From the human T2T-CHM13v2.0 reference genome, Homo sapiens: a stretch of DNA of 64,000 nucleotides. Numbering within the stretch: position 1 is the first letter of the stretch; the number at the start of each line of letters is the position of its first letter. Made by a program: the position numbers and the translations under genes. A model generated the notes under the pieces. The model ran no database searches and was not told the origin of the DNA. It saw only the letters and a list, made by a program, of their open reading frames with translations. This document shows positions 43,527 to 60,232 of the stretch, piece by piece. The DNA lies in NCBI GenBank assembly GCA_009914755.4, contig CP068257.2, positions 42,848,001 to 42,912,000 of the forward strand. The letters are read 5' to 3'.

Positions 43527-45749
43527 CTGAAAATATCAAAGGACTGTGTTAGGGCCATAGGAGAGTGGTCACCCCAGTTTACTCACAGAAGGAACAGGAA
43601 CAAGCCCCTCACTAAGCAGCGTGCATCTGTGCTGTGGCTGCCACACAAAGGATGGCACACAGGGCTGATCGCCTGCACAGCTCTGGAGCCCAGTAGCCTG
43701 GATCAGGCTGGGGCAGGGTTTCTCCGAAGGCTCCAGAGGAGGACGCTTCCTCGACTCATCAGCTTCTGGTGGCTGCACGTGCTCCCCGTGACCTGTGGCC
43801 ATGTCGCTCCAGTGTCCGACTCTCCCAGTATCTGTCTCCTGGTAAGGATCCTAGTCACACTGGAGCAGGGCCCGCCTCACTCCAGGATGATCTCAGCTTG
43901 ACTTGATGACTGCAAAGACTCTGTTTCCAGGTAAGGTCACATTCACGGGTGCTGGGTGGACATGAATTCGGGGGGGGCACTTCACCCCAGGGCCAGGGCC
44001 TCCTGCAGAAGTGCGTGGTGACATGCTTAGTGGTTCTTCCCTATCTCATGGTGAACGTGCAGTGGCTTCGACCTGCACAGGGTCCTCCAGCCCACTCACC
44101 CTCCCTCCACTGAGCTCCTGCACCATCACCCGGCCTGGGGTGCTGGGACAGATGGCTTCAGGACAGGAAGGAGGCTGGTGACCCATGAGGGTGTCAGGAG
44201 CAGGCGGTCTTGACGAGTGCGTGGAGGCTGAACTCCGGAGATGGAGCAAGGTGGGTGCCCGCTGAGGGACAGCGTGGCTAGAGCTCCTGGGCGGAAGAGC
44301 AGGGGTGCCTTCGGGCTCGCCTCCCGCCCACGCTGCCACTGTCTCTTGTAAAACACCTGCTCCTTCCAGTCTTTGCCATCTGGCTGCAGCTGGCCGTGGT
44401 GAGCTCAGCTCCTGCCCTGCTGTCCCAGAAAGCCCCGTCCTCTGCACACAGCTCGGCCTCTGCTAGGGTCCAGGCTGCTGGCCCCCAAGCCCTGGCCTGT
44501 ACCCTCCGTGGCAGCCTGCCAAGGGGTTAAGTTCTTCCGTGGCCACAATTGGTTCCAGGCCTGTGACTCCCCATGTCCCACCATCTTCCCCAGGAAGTCC
44601 ACTTTTAAAACATTCGGGGAACATTCCTAATCATTATGCTTTCGACCCTGATTTCTTCCTTTCTCCTGATGAGGCAGGTGAACGTTTGTCCAGGCCTCAG
44701 GCGCTGCCGCCACGTCATTCCTAGCTGCTGTGGCAAAGCCAGAAGTCAGGCAGCATTCACGTCCAGCCAGGACTTTCTTTACGGGGTGGGAAGCTGCTGC
44801 TAGGTCAGGTTGTCTTCAGCCTGCACAGCACGTCCCTGGGAGGCTTCCAGCTCTCAGGACCTGAGAACTCATCACCGTCCTGAGGGCCCTAAAGAGTTTG
44901 GGGTATGGTGGGAGAGAGGCTCTGATAAAAGTGTGTTTAAGCTAAGTGCATAATAAAAATATTTATGCGATAAGTTTCATAACAAAACAGAAGATCCTAC
45001 CTTTGAAAGTAATATTCGAAATAATTTAATATTTAATAGATTTAATATAAACTGGATCATTTGCAATTAAAAAGACAGAAGCGCAGCCCTGCTCCACAGT
45101 GGTAGATCCTGACATGGGTAACCAACTGGCCGAGCTAGGGGACTGAGGACTCCTGTCCAGGGGACCTACCGTCAGGCCACAAACCAGGCGACGGCAAAAA
45201 CGAGAAACGAACTCGGCTTCCAAAAGCCCCCATTGTGTCCAAGGCTACAAAGGATAATCTTGTACTCATTTGGAGTTTCTGTCAACATCTGCTCCCTCGT
45301 CCACGAGGAACCTGCCATGTGGAGTCACGGAGCCAGGCCTCGGCCTCCAGCCTGGAGGTTGGGGAAGGAGTTACTCTGACTTCCCGCTGCTGCCTGTTGT
45401 GATGTTAGCGCCCTCCCCACAGTGCCGGTCCCCTGCCAAGTCCCCTGAGCTACTTCTGGAAAAGGAGTGCGCTTGGTGTGATCGCCCTTACCTTGTTCTA
45501 AGCCACTGACTCTGATGTGCAGCGGGTTTTGTGTTTAAGGCGTGGAGAAACATTAAAATCGGGGTTTTGACAGGAGTGTGCTTCATAAACGCTCCGCGGG
45601 AGAGGCCCATTCCCCTTCCAGCCCGAATCCAGGGCATCACTCACCACCTGTTCTCGCCAATGTCCACTCTGCCCACAGATGGTGAGCCTGCCTCACCCCA
45701 TGCAGCCCTGCAGAGGCTGGCGCGGACGCTGACCTGACCTCCCATGGTC

Positions 45750-45990
45750 AGCCCCTGCCTCATGAATGGCTCTTGCCCCCTGGTCGGCTCCTGCCCCGTG
45801 GATGGCTCCTGCCCCTCCACCCCATGGCTCCTGGCCCCTGGTCGGCTCCTGCCTCTCCACCCCATGGCTCCTGTCCCTCCACCCCATGGCTCCTGGCCCC
45901 TGGTCGGCTCCTGCCCCGTGGATGGCTCCTGCCCCTCCACCCCATGGCTCCTGACCCTGGTCAGCTCCTGCCCCAGGACAGCTCCTGCAG
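45750..45990. repeat. GC-rich ~57-bp tandem repeat (3-4 copies)
   Basis: cctggtcggctcctgccccgtggatggctcctgcccctccaccccatggctcctggcc repeats. It is the source of ORFs 45641..46159 and 45744..46250. It lies ~90 bp beyond the donor of exon 46078-46316. Confidence 0.8.
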
Positions 45991-46076
45991 GTGTTGCTCG
46001 GCGAGCACGGCTGAAGGATGCCTGGCCTGGCAGGACTCTGAGGACTGCAGGTGCACCCTCCCCGGGTGGGTACCTA

Positions 46077-46952
<876 letters not shown>

Positions 46953-46974
46953 TCAGGAGCACGGGTCCATGGTA

Positions 46975-47700
46975 AAACCCAAAGGCACCCCCACACACTA
47001 GGATGGCTAATGCCCAAAGAACAGAATGTGTTATGCTGGCGACACTGTGGAGAAACTGGAACTCTTGCGCACTGTTGGTGGGAATGTAAAATGGTGCAGC
47101 CACTGTGGAAAACAGGATGGCAGTTCCTCAAAAAGTTATAAACAGAACGACCAAATGATTCAGCAATTCCACTTCTGGGTCCATTCTCAAAAGAATCGAA
47201 AGAGATACTTGTACACACATGTTCATAGTGGCTTACTCACAATTGCCAAAAGGTAGAAGCAACACAAGTGTCCACGAACGGATGGATGGGTAAACGCAGT
47301 GTGGTCCAACCACACAGTGGAATATTAGTCAGCCATAAAGAGGGAAGGAAATGCTGACACATGCTGCAACATGGATGAACCTTGGGGATGTTCCACTTAT
47401 ATGAGGTCACTAGACTGGTCACATTCACAGAGACAAAAGGTAGAATGGTAGGTGCCGGGGCTGGGGGGTGATGGGGAGTAAGTGTTTAATGGGTGTGGAG
47501 TTTCAGTGTTGGGAGACGAAGAAGTTCTGGAGATGGACGGTGGTGATGGCTGCACAACAACATGGATGTCCTGAATGCCACTGACTGTACCCTTAAAAAT
47601 AGTTTCGATGGTAAATTTTACATTACGTGTATTTTACCACAATTAAAAAACAAGAACGTATACAAATGCGGTGTCCACCAAGACCTCAGAGCTTTTTGGC
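46975..47700 (+). mobile_element. Old L1 3' portion (ORF2 C-terminus plus 3'UTR)
   Basis: ORF 47026..47256 translates to ...AGDTVEKLELLRTVGGNVKWCSHCGKQDGSSSKSYKQNDQ...SGLLTIAKR. That is homologous to the L1 ORF2p C-terminus (CWRGCGEIGTLLHCWWDCKLVQPLWKSVWRFLRDL...FIAALFTIAKTW). Decayed ORF2-end similarity continues downstream. Confidence 0.65.
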
Positions 47701-48027
47701 TTCCTTTCCAATTTGGGTTATGTGAAACAAAGCACTTGATTATACTTATTTCCAACTTAGATTCCATTCATTCCTAGCCCAACACAATTAAAGAATTGAA
47801 AGTGATTAAGCCTGAAAGGTAAAGCAGGTATGAAAACAGTTAGACAGCATACAGTCACGTACGGCCAGAGCCTGTTTCAGTTGACAGTGGACAGCACAGG
47901 GGATGGTGGTCCTGTAAGATTGTAACACTGACGTTTTACTGTATCGTGTCTGTGTTTAGAAACACGAATACACTGTTTGTACACTGCGACTGCCTGCAGT
48001 ATTCCCACAGTAGCGTGCTGGAAGTAG

Positions 48028-48236
48028 CTGCTCACTGCAACCTCTGCCTCCCAGGTTCAAGCAATTTTCCTGACTCAGCCTCCAAAGTAGCTGGGACTAC
48101 AGGTGCACACCACCACACCCAGCTAATTTTGTATTTTTAGTAGAGATGGGGTTTCACCATGTTAGCCAGGCTGGTCTCAAACTCCTGACCTCAGGTGATC
48201 CGCCCGCTTCGGCCTCCCAAAGTGCTGGGATTACAG
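48028..48236 (-). mobile_element. Truncated Alu (antisense)
   Basis: gctcactgcaacctctgcctcccaggttcaagcaattttcctgactcagcctccaaagtagctgggactacaggtgcacaccaccacacccagctaattttgtatttttagtagagatggggtttcaccatgttagccaggctggtctcaaactcctgacctcaggtgatccgcccgcttcggcctcccaaagtgctgggattacag. Confidence 0.85.
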
Positions 48237-49149
48237 ATAAAGCAAAGTTTTGAGCTTTAAGACCAGAAGGATCAATTTCTATGTTTATCAAAAAAAAAAA
48301 AGGAAAAAAGAAAAAAAAAAACTATCTATGGGGCTATTAGGTCTTTTTCCATTGGAAGTGGACTTTCTGTTCTGCCCAACTTTGCTTCCACTCCAAGCTC
48401 CTTACCCTCAGGTTGGGAGACAGAGGGACTCTTCTGTGGAAGGAAGCCCTGGTAGCTCAGACTCAAGAGTTCACAGTGGCAGAGTCCAGCCCTGTCAGGC
48501 TTCTTCCTGCAGCCGCTTGTGTTCCATGGCTGATGGAGAGGAGGGGCCTGCCCAGCTGCAGTGGCTGTTCACACTCTGGCCCCCTTTCCGGGCGGTGCTG
48601 GGCTTCTCCCATCCTCAGGCTGCTGCTCCTGCCAGTGCTCCCTCGGCGTCCTCCGGCACAGACCTCAGCAACACTGACTTCTGGGCCTGGTTCCTACCCA
48701 CTCGCATTTTGGGCCCTTGGGTGATATCTTGCCATTAAGTTCTGTCCTAAATGGAACCCATGGGTTTTTCTTTTTCTATCTGGTAATTCTCTCTGTTTCT
48801 ATTTGGGATTTAGGGAGATTTAGAAACTATGCCTCAGGTAGCACCATGTCTCTAGGATCCACTCCTCCCTCTCAAAACAATCCTTGATTCTAGTAAATGA
48901 AAATTCATAGCAAAAAGGAAATAGAAAGACTTGGTTTAAAAATAAAAGGTTTCTACTTAAACCCCACAGCAAACACTGCGTGTAGTGGTGAACCTTTGAC
49001 GCTTTCTCATGAAAGTCAGGAACAATCAAGGATTCTTTTAATTTTATTCAGCATCATCCTGGGTGTTCAAAGTAATGTTGCCACAGGAAAAACAATAGAA
49101 ATGGGAGTTTTAAAGATTGGAAATGAGAAGTTAAATTCTCCTTATTTTC

Positions 49150-50100
49150 AAATGATGAGCTCATCTACATAGAAAAATCCAAGAAAATCAATGACAAACT
49201 GTAAGAACTAATAAGAGAACTTGCAAAGGAAAGGAGCTAAACATATGGTTTGATATGAAGACAATATATATGTAAAAAATTTATATAGACATATATACAG
49301 GATTTATATACTAAGACAACATAATAGAAAACTGTTCCCCATTCACACTAGTAAAACATCCCTATGAAATACCTCGAATTTAATCCAAAGAGGAATATTT
49401 TAGACCTATAGAAGAAAATGATGGAATTCTAAATGGAACTATTGTACTGTGTAACTGCAAGGCAAGACAAGATGAACAATTATAGTTTCCTCCTACATAT
49501 TTAAAAGCTCAATGCAATCCCAATCAAAATTATAGTAGTTTAAAAAATACTGGAAAAGCTTTCTAAAATTAATCGAGAACAAGCTAGAACCAACGTTTTT
49601 AGAAAATAAGATAGTGGCACCTTCCTTAGGAGCTGTTAGTTTCCTCCTACATATTTAAAAGCTCAATGCAATCCCAATCAAAATTATAGCAGTTTAAAAA
49701 ATACTGGAAAAGCTTTCTAAAATTAATTGAGAACAAGCTAGAACCAACGTTTTTAGAAAATAAGATAGTGGCACCTTCTTTATGAGCTGTTAGGATATAT
49801 TATGAAGCTGAATAACATGGATAAAACAGCTGGAATGGATGCAAGGATAGATCAAGAGATGAATAGAACAAAATACAAAATAGGGATTTCAGAAGCAGGC
49901 TATACAAACATTTCTCAGACAAAAGAGATGTTTCAAATGGGAGATGGAGAGAATAAACTAACTTTAAAAAAGGACAGTTGGCTATTGGTGGAAGAGAAAG
50001 ATTAATACGTCATACCTCACACAAGTCATATCAGCAAATGGGGCAAAAAGTTAAATCTAAGCAATAACAATGAAACCAATATCAGCAAAATTAGGCCTGT
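49150..50100. mobile_element. AT-rich L1-like interspersed-repeat-derived sequence containing a 154-bp tandem duplication (49484-49636 / 49638-49792)
   Basis: tagtttcctcctacatatttaaaagctcaatgcaatcccaatcaaaattatag...gatagtggcaccttc occurs twice in direct tandem at >95% identity. The L1 assignment is tentative, and the orientation is not determined. Confidence 0.4.
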
Positions 50101-51388
50101 TTCCAATCTCGGGGAGTGTGCTGTATAGAAGCAATGATGGGTTGGAAATATTTGGAGGGCATATGATGGACAGAGGATCCCCAGCCCTAAATCCACAAGA
50201 AAAACACACATAGCCTGATAAGAAATGGGCTAGGAATGTGAACAGGAAACTTTCAGTGTGGACGGCCATGCATTTAGGCCATAGTGGGTTCCCAGCAGCC
50301 ATCAGTGCGGAGGGCAGGGAGCTGAGAGCAGATCAGGCTGAGCCGGGGTCACGCGGGGTCCCCCAGCCACTGAGGGCCCTGGGCAGCAACCACGCAGACC
50401 CCGCCCCCCAGGCTCCACCTCACTTTCTGTGGCATTTCTGTGCCTGTTCTGACCACAGCCGTGGCAGCACCATGTCCATCAGGCTGCGGCCGGCCTGGCT
50501 GTGGGGTGACTGCAGCATCCCAGGGGCGGGCATTCTCATCAGCGTTTTGGTCTCTGCAGCTGGCCTGGAGGAGTTTGTCTCACAGTCTGAGGACTGACTG
50601 CTCTGCACCCACCCAGGGTGGCGGAGCCCCATGCGCTGCCTGATCTTACCATTGTCCCCGCTGACGGCCTTTCCCACAGGACATCACAGGCAGCTCATGC
50701 TCCCCGCGTGGACCAAGCCTTAGAGAGATGAGAGTGTCGCTGACTGTGTGCCCGCACCGGCATCATCTGTGGGAACCCAGGCTCCTTGTCCCTACACCTG
50801 TGTGGAAACTGCTGCCCCCCCCCCCCAAGAGGAGAACCTGGGCAGCGCCAGGGTTTTGGGGAATCCTGTGCCTCCATCCGCCCACCCCATGATGCTTTTG
50901 TTCCCATCGAGTCCCTTGTCTCCTGCGCAGGTGCAGCAGCCCCTCCCTCTCCCCTCGCATTGCTGCTAAAACGGGCAGAACCCTCGGGCGGGCGGCACAC
51001 AGGGAGGGTGACCAGGCCTGGAGGCTGCAGTGCCCGGACCCCAGGGCAGCTTCCCGGAAGGTGACCCTGCAGTGTGGGCTCTCCCAGGTGAGAGAGTGGG
51101 TGGGACAGTCCTGGGGCCTGGAGAGCCCCACAGCCCAGGGCATGACAGCGAATGACCAGGCTCAGGAAGACCCGGGCACAGGGGCTGAGCTGGGACTGAG
51201 CCTTCCTGGGAGTGACCGTGAGTCCCACCTGGTGACCCCCTGGAGGAGTTAGGCCACTGTCCCCTGTGACTTCTAGGTTAAGTCACTCATTCCTAAAAAT
51301 AATCATGGCTGGAGGAGACCAATGTCAGCTCAAAACCATGTGTCCCCCAGGAACACAACAGAAAAGAGAATCAGGTGACCAAGGAGAG

Positions 51389-51394
51389 TTTATT
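51389..51394 (-). other. KRTAP10-1: Polyadenylation signal AATAAA of the 282-aa KRTAP10 gene
   Basis: tttatt on the plus strand, ~300 nt downstream of the stop at 51692-51694. The context gtttattgg is conserved with the paralog at 62763-62768 (ctttattgg). Confidence 0.6.
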
Positions 51395-51691
51395 GGGGAG
51401 CAGGAGGAGGTGCTGAGAGGTTCAAGTCGAGGCCAAGTGACCCAGAGCAGAGAAGCTGGGAGGGAGGACAGGGGACCTAGCAGGCAGGTGGGCACCTGCT
51501 GGAAGGCAAGAGCTGGGGAGCTGCAAGGATGGAGGCTCCTGGGAGCAAGGAGGGGGGGTCACCTCAGCACAGGGGAGACACGGGGACCCGTCCTAGGTGG
51601 GGGCAGCCACCTAACCCAGGTCAGGAACTGAGCCCAGCTGGCCCAGGGCGGGTGCCCATCAGCAGCTGGACTCCTGGCCTGAGCAGAGGCC

Positions 51692-52540
51692 TCAGCAGGC
51701 CAGGCGGGAGCACGCGGGGCGGCAGAGGAGGGACACGCAGGAGGCCGGGCGGCAGCAGCTGGCCTGGCAGGAGGAGGCAGGGGCACAGCAGGAGGAGACA
51801 GGCATACAGCAGGCGGGCTGGCATACAGGGCGGCAGAGGAGGGACACGGAGGAGGAGGGTCTGCAGCAGGAGGTGGTGCAGCAAGCCGGCTGACAGCTAG
51901 ACTGCTGGCAGCATGAAGTGGAAGCCCCAGAGCAGACGGGCACACAGCAGATGGGCTTGCAGCAGACAGGCTTGCAACGGACGGGCACGCAGCAGGCCTG
52001 CTGGCAGGGGGAGGAGGTGCAGCAAGCTGGATGGCAGCTAGACTGCTGGCAGCATGAAGAGGATGACTCAGAGCAGGTGGGCACATAGCACACAGGCTTG
52101 CAGCAAACAGGCACACAGCAGGACTGCTGGCTGGAGGAAGAGGCACAGCAAGTTGGCTGGCAGCTAGACTGCTGGCAGCATGAAGAGGAATCCTTAGAGC
52201 AGGTGGGCAGGCAGCACACAGGCTTGCAGCAGACGGGCATGCAGCAGGCCTGCTGGCAGGGGGAGGAGGTGCAGCAAGCCGGCTGGCAGCTAGACTGCTG
52301 GCAGCACGAGGGCGTGCAGGAGCTGGTGCAGCCTGATTGGCAGGGGCTGGGCTCACAGGCTGCCTGGCAGCAGGGGCTGGACACACGGCTCACTGGGGTG
52401 CAGACCAGGGTCAGGCAGGGGGCCAGGGCGCAGCAGCTGAGGGCGCAGCAGTGGGGCTCACAGCAGCTCTCTGGGCAGGCATCCACCTGCCAGGAGTCGG
52501 AGCAAGCGCTGGAGCAGACGGACATGGTGGACGCGGCCAT
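51692..52540 (-). CDS. KRTAP10-1: Keratin-associated protein 10 family member, 282 aa, single exon (most likely KRTAP10-1)
   Basis: A complete ORF from ATG at 52540-52538 to TGA at 51694-51692. The protein is [32 protein letters not shown]...[32 protein letters not shown]..., the ultra-high-sulfur KAP10 signature. The symbol is assigned from recalled length (282 aa) and position as the first of the KRTAP10 cluster from the TSPEAR 3' side. Confidence 0.85.
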
Positions 52541-52572
52541 GCTGGGGTGGGGAGGAGGTGAGCTGCGGGAGG

Positions 52573-52637
52573 TGTGAGTGAGTGAGTGTGGGAGTCAGTG
52601 TGTGTGTGAGTGACTGAGTGTGTGAGTGAGTGTGTGA
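52573..52637. repeat. (GTGAGTGT)n-type repeat forming the 5' leader of the 282-aa KRTAP10 gene
   Basis: gtgtgagtgagtgagtgtgggagtcagtgtgtgtgtgagtgactgagtgtgtgagtgagtgtgtgag lies between the TATA box and the ATG. It is (CACACTCA)n on the sense strand. Confidence 0.8.
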
Positions 52638-52653
52638 GCTTCGTGGGGCTCTG

Positions 52654-52661
52654 CTTTTATA
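52654..52661 (-). promoter_or_regulatory. KRTAP10-1: TATA box (TATAAAAG) of the 282-aa KRTAP10 gene
   Basis: cttttata on the plus strand equals TATAAAAG on the minus strand, ~115 bp upstream of the ATG. Confidence 0.7.
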
Positions 52662-53367
52662 CCCCTTCTGGCCTTGTTGTTCCAGGGCCCACAGCGTCCC
52701 CTTCCTGGTTGCTGAGAGGTGGCGTGTGTCATGACTAGGGATGTTTGTTTGCCTGTGATGTGGCCCAGGTCATAAATCTCCTGTCCTGTCTGGGCTGTAG
52801 CCTGTCCCATGTGGATCCCTGGGGGCAAGAGTGGAGGTGGACCTGGTCCCAGCACGCCACCAGTGCAGTCCGGGTTGTAAGAAGGGGGCTGCGGAGGCAG
52901 GGGTGGCCCTTCAGCCTTATGCAAAGTGTGGCATGCCAGGGTGAGAGCTGTCCCACTCACGATCGTGGGGGCGTCTCCTCCCTAAAGCGGGTCCTCACTG
53001 AAGAGGCAGAAGCAGCTGGTAGAAGCACAGGATCACTGGAGCAGCCGGAGAGAAGGTGCAGCAGTGGCCAGCGAACCCCACAGTGGTGGCCCTGCACATT
53101 CCTTCCCCCATCCCCATCACTGAAGAAATTAGAGCCCCAAACAGGGAGAAGGGGAGCAAGGAAGGAGAGGCCATGCCCCTCCCCACGGCCTTCCCCGAGG
53201 TCCACTCAGACGTTGGTGTGGGAACGCTGGGGATAGGACTGGGTTTCGGACAGGAAAGAAAAGTTTTGAACTGGCCCATGGATTTGGTTCTGCTCTTAAA
53301 GGCCATAGCTTTATGATGTGCTTCAACCATAGATAACTCAAGTCCCGTTATCAATATTCTTAAATTT

Positions 53368-53461
53368 ATTTTTTTTTTTTTTTGTACAGATGGCGTCTCA
53401 AGTGATCCCTCCTGCCTTGGCCAAAGTACTGGGATTGCAGGCGTGAGCCCGGTGCCTGGCC
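53368..53461 (-). mobile_element. Alu left-monomer fragment (antisense)
   Basis: T-run followed by gtacagatggcgtctcaagtgatccctcctgccttggccaaagtactgggattgcaggcgtgagcccggtgcctggcc. Confidence 0.75.
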
Positions 53462-53899
53462 ATCATCAGTATTTCTGCACCACGTGTCTTCCCTGTTCCT
53501 GTTCATTGTCCTTGCTGTCCTCAGCTTCCTTTCTTCAAACGTAAGCTGCATGTGAGCAGGGAGTGTGTTTGTCTTGTTCACCACTCAGTCTTCAAAGGCC
53601 TAAAATCATGCCTGGCCCAAGGAAAAGCCTTTATAAAAATGGGCTGAAATAATAAACTTTTTTGGAGAAATTATTGAAGAGTAATTTTGAGCTCTGAACG
53701 CGATTCCATTGTGCCACCTTTTTCTTATGCTGTATAAAATGCTCTGTCAAGTTCTCCTTTCGTGTGTGGGGAACTGGCTTACATCAGACTGGCCATCTAG
53801 CTGAGAAATATTAGGAAATCTGGTTTACAAACAAAATCTCTGTTCGAAGGGGCCGGGAGGTATCAAGACAGCTGAGACTTGAGTGAGTGAATCCGCATT

Positions 53900-54850
53900 A
53901 GAGAGAAACTGCACAGAAGTGAGTCCAATATTCCTTGTGGATTTTCTTACTGAGGCATTTACCAATTTACAGACCACAGCCAAGAGGCCGAGAGCCTGAT
54001 CAGCTGAGCAGAGCTTTTAGTAGTCTCATGGAATTAGAAGAAAAAAACCACAGAGTTCAGGACCTGACAAGGTGGAGGGATTCTAGCAAAAACACCCTAG
54101 GCTTTCAGTTGGAAATGCTGAATGTAAGTGAAGGGCTACTCCCTAGGAGGAAGGAAAAACCAGAAAGAATGAAACCTATCTTTAAATAAACTCGCACTGA
54201 ACTCATATGATCTGCCTGTAGCCTAACTGCCTCCCAGAAACAAAAGTGATCTCTTCTGGAGACAGCAGCATCAACAGAGGCTCAAATCATCTTATAAATT
54301 TTCATAAAGTCCTTCATGCAGTCAAAAAATTACTAGGGATATTAGAAGACAAGACCAACTGACCAAAAGACCAAGAGGAAAAAAACAAACAAGAGAAACA
54401 GACGTGCAGGAGATCTAGATATTAGAATTGTGAAACTGGAATTTAATGCTGATTAACTTGCTCAAGAAAATAGAGAACAAATGGAGAATTTCAGTGTCAA
54501 ACTGGATTTATTAAATGGAATCAAACAAAAATTCTGGAAACGAAGAACACAATAGCTGAAATTAAGAACTAGGTAGCTTAGCTTTACAACATATAGACAA
54601 AACCAAAGAGAAGATTAGTAAAGGAAGGGAGATGAGGAAATTTCAAGCCTGAATACAGAGATGGGAAAGAAAAGAGGGAAATAAAGAAAGTGGAGCAATA
54701 AACATGCCTATATTTTGTGAAAATTTATGGGAAAAATGATTGAAATCCTACAAGGAGAGGAGTGAAATAGGGGTAGTAAAATATTTGAAGATGTAATGGA
54801 CAAGAACTTTAACCTGATGAAATGCATAGATGCAAAGAGCATTTAAGAAT
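53900..54850 (+). mobile_element. Old L1 (L1M-like) 5'UTR/ORF1-region fragment, interrupted downstream by an Alu
   Basis: A/G-rich sequence with L1 ORF1-like coiled-coil coding remnants (..aatagagaacaaatggagaatttcagtgtcaaactgga.., ..gaaacgaagaacacaatagctgaaattaagaact..). The assignment is by composition and pattern, so it is tentative. Confidence 0.45.
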
Positions 54851-54855
54851 CTTTA

Positions 54856-55860
<1,005 letters not shown>

Positions 55861-55879
55861 GTACTTGGCCGAATCATTC

Positions 55880-56310
55880 CTCCCCAAAGGTTGTCTCCAC
55901 CCAGAACCTCCCAATATGACCTTATATGGAAATAAGGTATTTGCAGATATAATTAGTTAAGTCATACGGGATCATAGTGAACCTTAAATCCAATGTCTAG
56001 TGTCTTTACCAGAGAAAGGAGAAGGAAGTTCAGACATACACACAAAGGGAAGAAGATGATATGACAACAGAGGCAAAGATTGGAGTGAAGATAGAAGCCA
56101 AGGGAACCCAAGGTTTGCTGGGTGCCACCAGAAGCTAGAAGGAGCAAGGGCATATTCTCCCTTGGAGCTCGGAGAAAGCATTGCCCTGTGGAAACCTTCA
56201 TTTCAGGTGCCTGGCCCTAAGAACTATGACAGAATAATTTTCCATTGTTTCCAGTCACACTTTTGGTGTAATTAGCTATGGTAGCACTAGGAACCAATAC
56301 AATGAAGGAA
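55880..56310 (+). mobile_element. MaLR-type (THE1/MST-like) solo LTR
   Basis: aacctcccaatatgaccttatatggaaataaggtatttgcagatataattagttaag...gacatacacacaaagggaagaagatgatatgacaacagaggcaaagattggagtgaagatagaagccaagggaacccaaggtttgctgggtgccaccagaagctagaaggagcaagggcatattctccc...taagaactatgacagaataattttccattgtttccagtcacac resembles the MaLR LTR consensus. Confidence 0.5.
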
Positions 56311-57428
56311 TAAAAAAACTTAAAACAGTCAATCCAAAAGCAGTAAAGCAAGGAGATAAAAGGGAGTAGATTCCTTGCATAAGCAAAAACCACTGTGAGA
56401 TGGGAGGTTTAAACTCAAACGTATCAGCAAAGCCCCACATTCTTTCCAGTCCTGCCCATCAGATGTATCATTACTTTAGTCAACACAGCTGTATAGGGAG
56501 AGTTCACTGGGGTTTAAGTTTGCGCTGTCCTGGTGATCCATGATGTGAAACATGTTTCCATGTGTTTATTTGCCATCCATATTTGTTCTTTAGTGAAGGG
56601 TCTATTTAAGTCATATATTATATGGCAAAATACTAAACACTGTGGGATTCTGTAGATGTGATATTATGGCAATAGTAATCATAATAAGACAAAAAAAAAA
56701 TCAGTGCCTTTTAGGGGCTAGGGTGGGGATGTGGAATGACTACAAAGGGGCATGAGGGAAATTTGTGGGATGATGAGAGGAGTCTATGTATTGATGGTGT
56801 TGGTGGAGACACAACTATCTATATTTGTCAAGACACAGAATCCAAGAAAAGGAAAAGTCCCAAATATATCATACTGATTAAATGAATCTAGGATTAAAAG
56901 CCATTCTACAAAGCAAGCTATGGACCCAAAGACTTTCACCACTGAATGCTGTAAATAATTGGGAGAGAAATAATGCTAGGCTTAAATTTCTCAGCTTGTT
57001 TTATTAGGCCATCATAATTTTCCAGACCTTAGGAAGTGGGACCTGTCTAGTGAGAGCAACTGAGGAATGCTATGTGCTGCCCGGGGGGAGCCACATGGAT
57101 GTTACCTGGGGACATGATGGCCTGGTGGGGGAGGAGCCAGCCACAGACCAGGAGAATGGCCAGGAACGGAGGCTAATGAGGAAGCCACTGTCATGCAGAA
57201 GCTGGAGCAGACTGATCAGCAGGGGCTGGGCCCACAGGACGTTATGCACTGATGAAAGTGAATCCATCAAGAAGATATACCAATTGTAAATATATACATA
57301 TCTAATATCAGATCACCAAAGTATGTGAAACAAAAATGGACAGACATGAAGAAAGAAATAGACAGTTCTGGTTCTACAATAAGAGAGACATCAATGAGCC
57401 ATTCTCTGTAATTAAAAAAAAAAAAAGA

Positions 57429-60010
<2,582 letters not shown>

Positions 60011-60154
60011 AGCTTGGTGCTAAGACAGTAATTTGACAGAGAGTTCCTTAAACGCCTGGAATCAAAAAATTGTTTTTCTTCAGGGTTTGTAGCTGGGCTC
60101 TGTGTATTGGTCCACACCCCCCAGCACTCGGCTGGGGAGTTTGCGACTCTGCCT

Positions 60155-60232
60155 TCCCCTTCACTTCCTGCTTGCATCTTCACTTCCTGCTTGCACCTTT
60201 ACTTCCTGCTTGCACCTTCCCTTCCTGCTTGC
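60155..60232. repeat. 18-bp tandem repeat, 4 copies
   Basis: cttcacttcctgcttgca / tcttcacttcctgcttgcaccttt / acttcctgcttgcaccttcc / cttcctgcttgc. Confidence 0.8.

Noticed and set aside
51559-52577. Alternative-frame minus ORFs (275 aa A/P-rich and 87 aa) and plus-strand ORFs (159 aa Q/W/E-rich and 74 aa G/A-rich) overlapping the 282-aa KRTAP10 gene. The same pattern occurs at 62814..63892 over the 255-aa gene.
   Set aside because: They are frame-shifted or antisense translations of the TGC/TGT/CAG-rich repeat. TGCTGC read in another frame gives A/L, and antisense gives Q/A. The KAP10 frame is the only one with a TATA box, a Met start (MAASTM), the family signature and an AATAAA.
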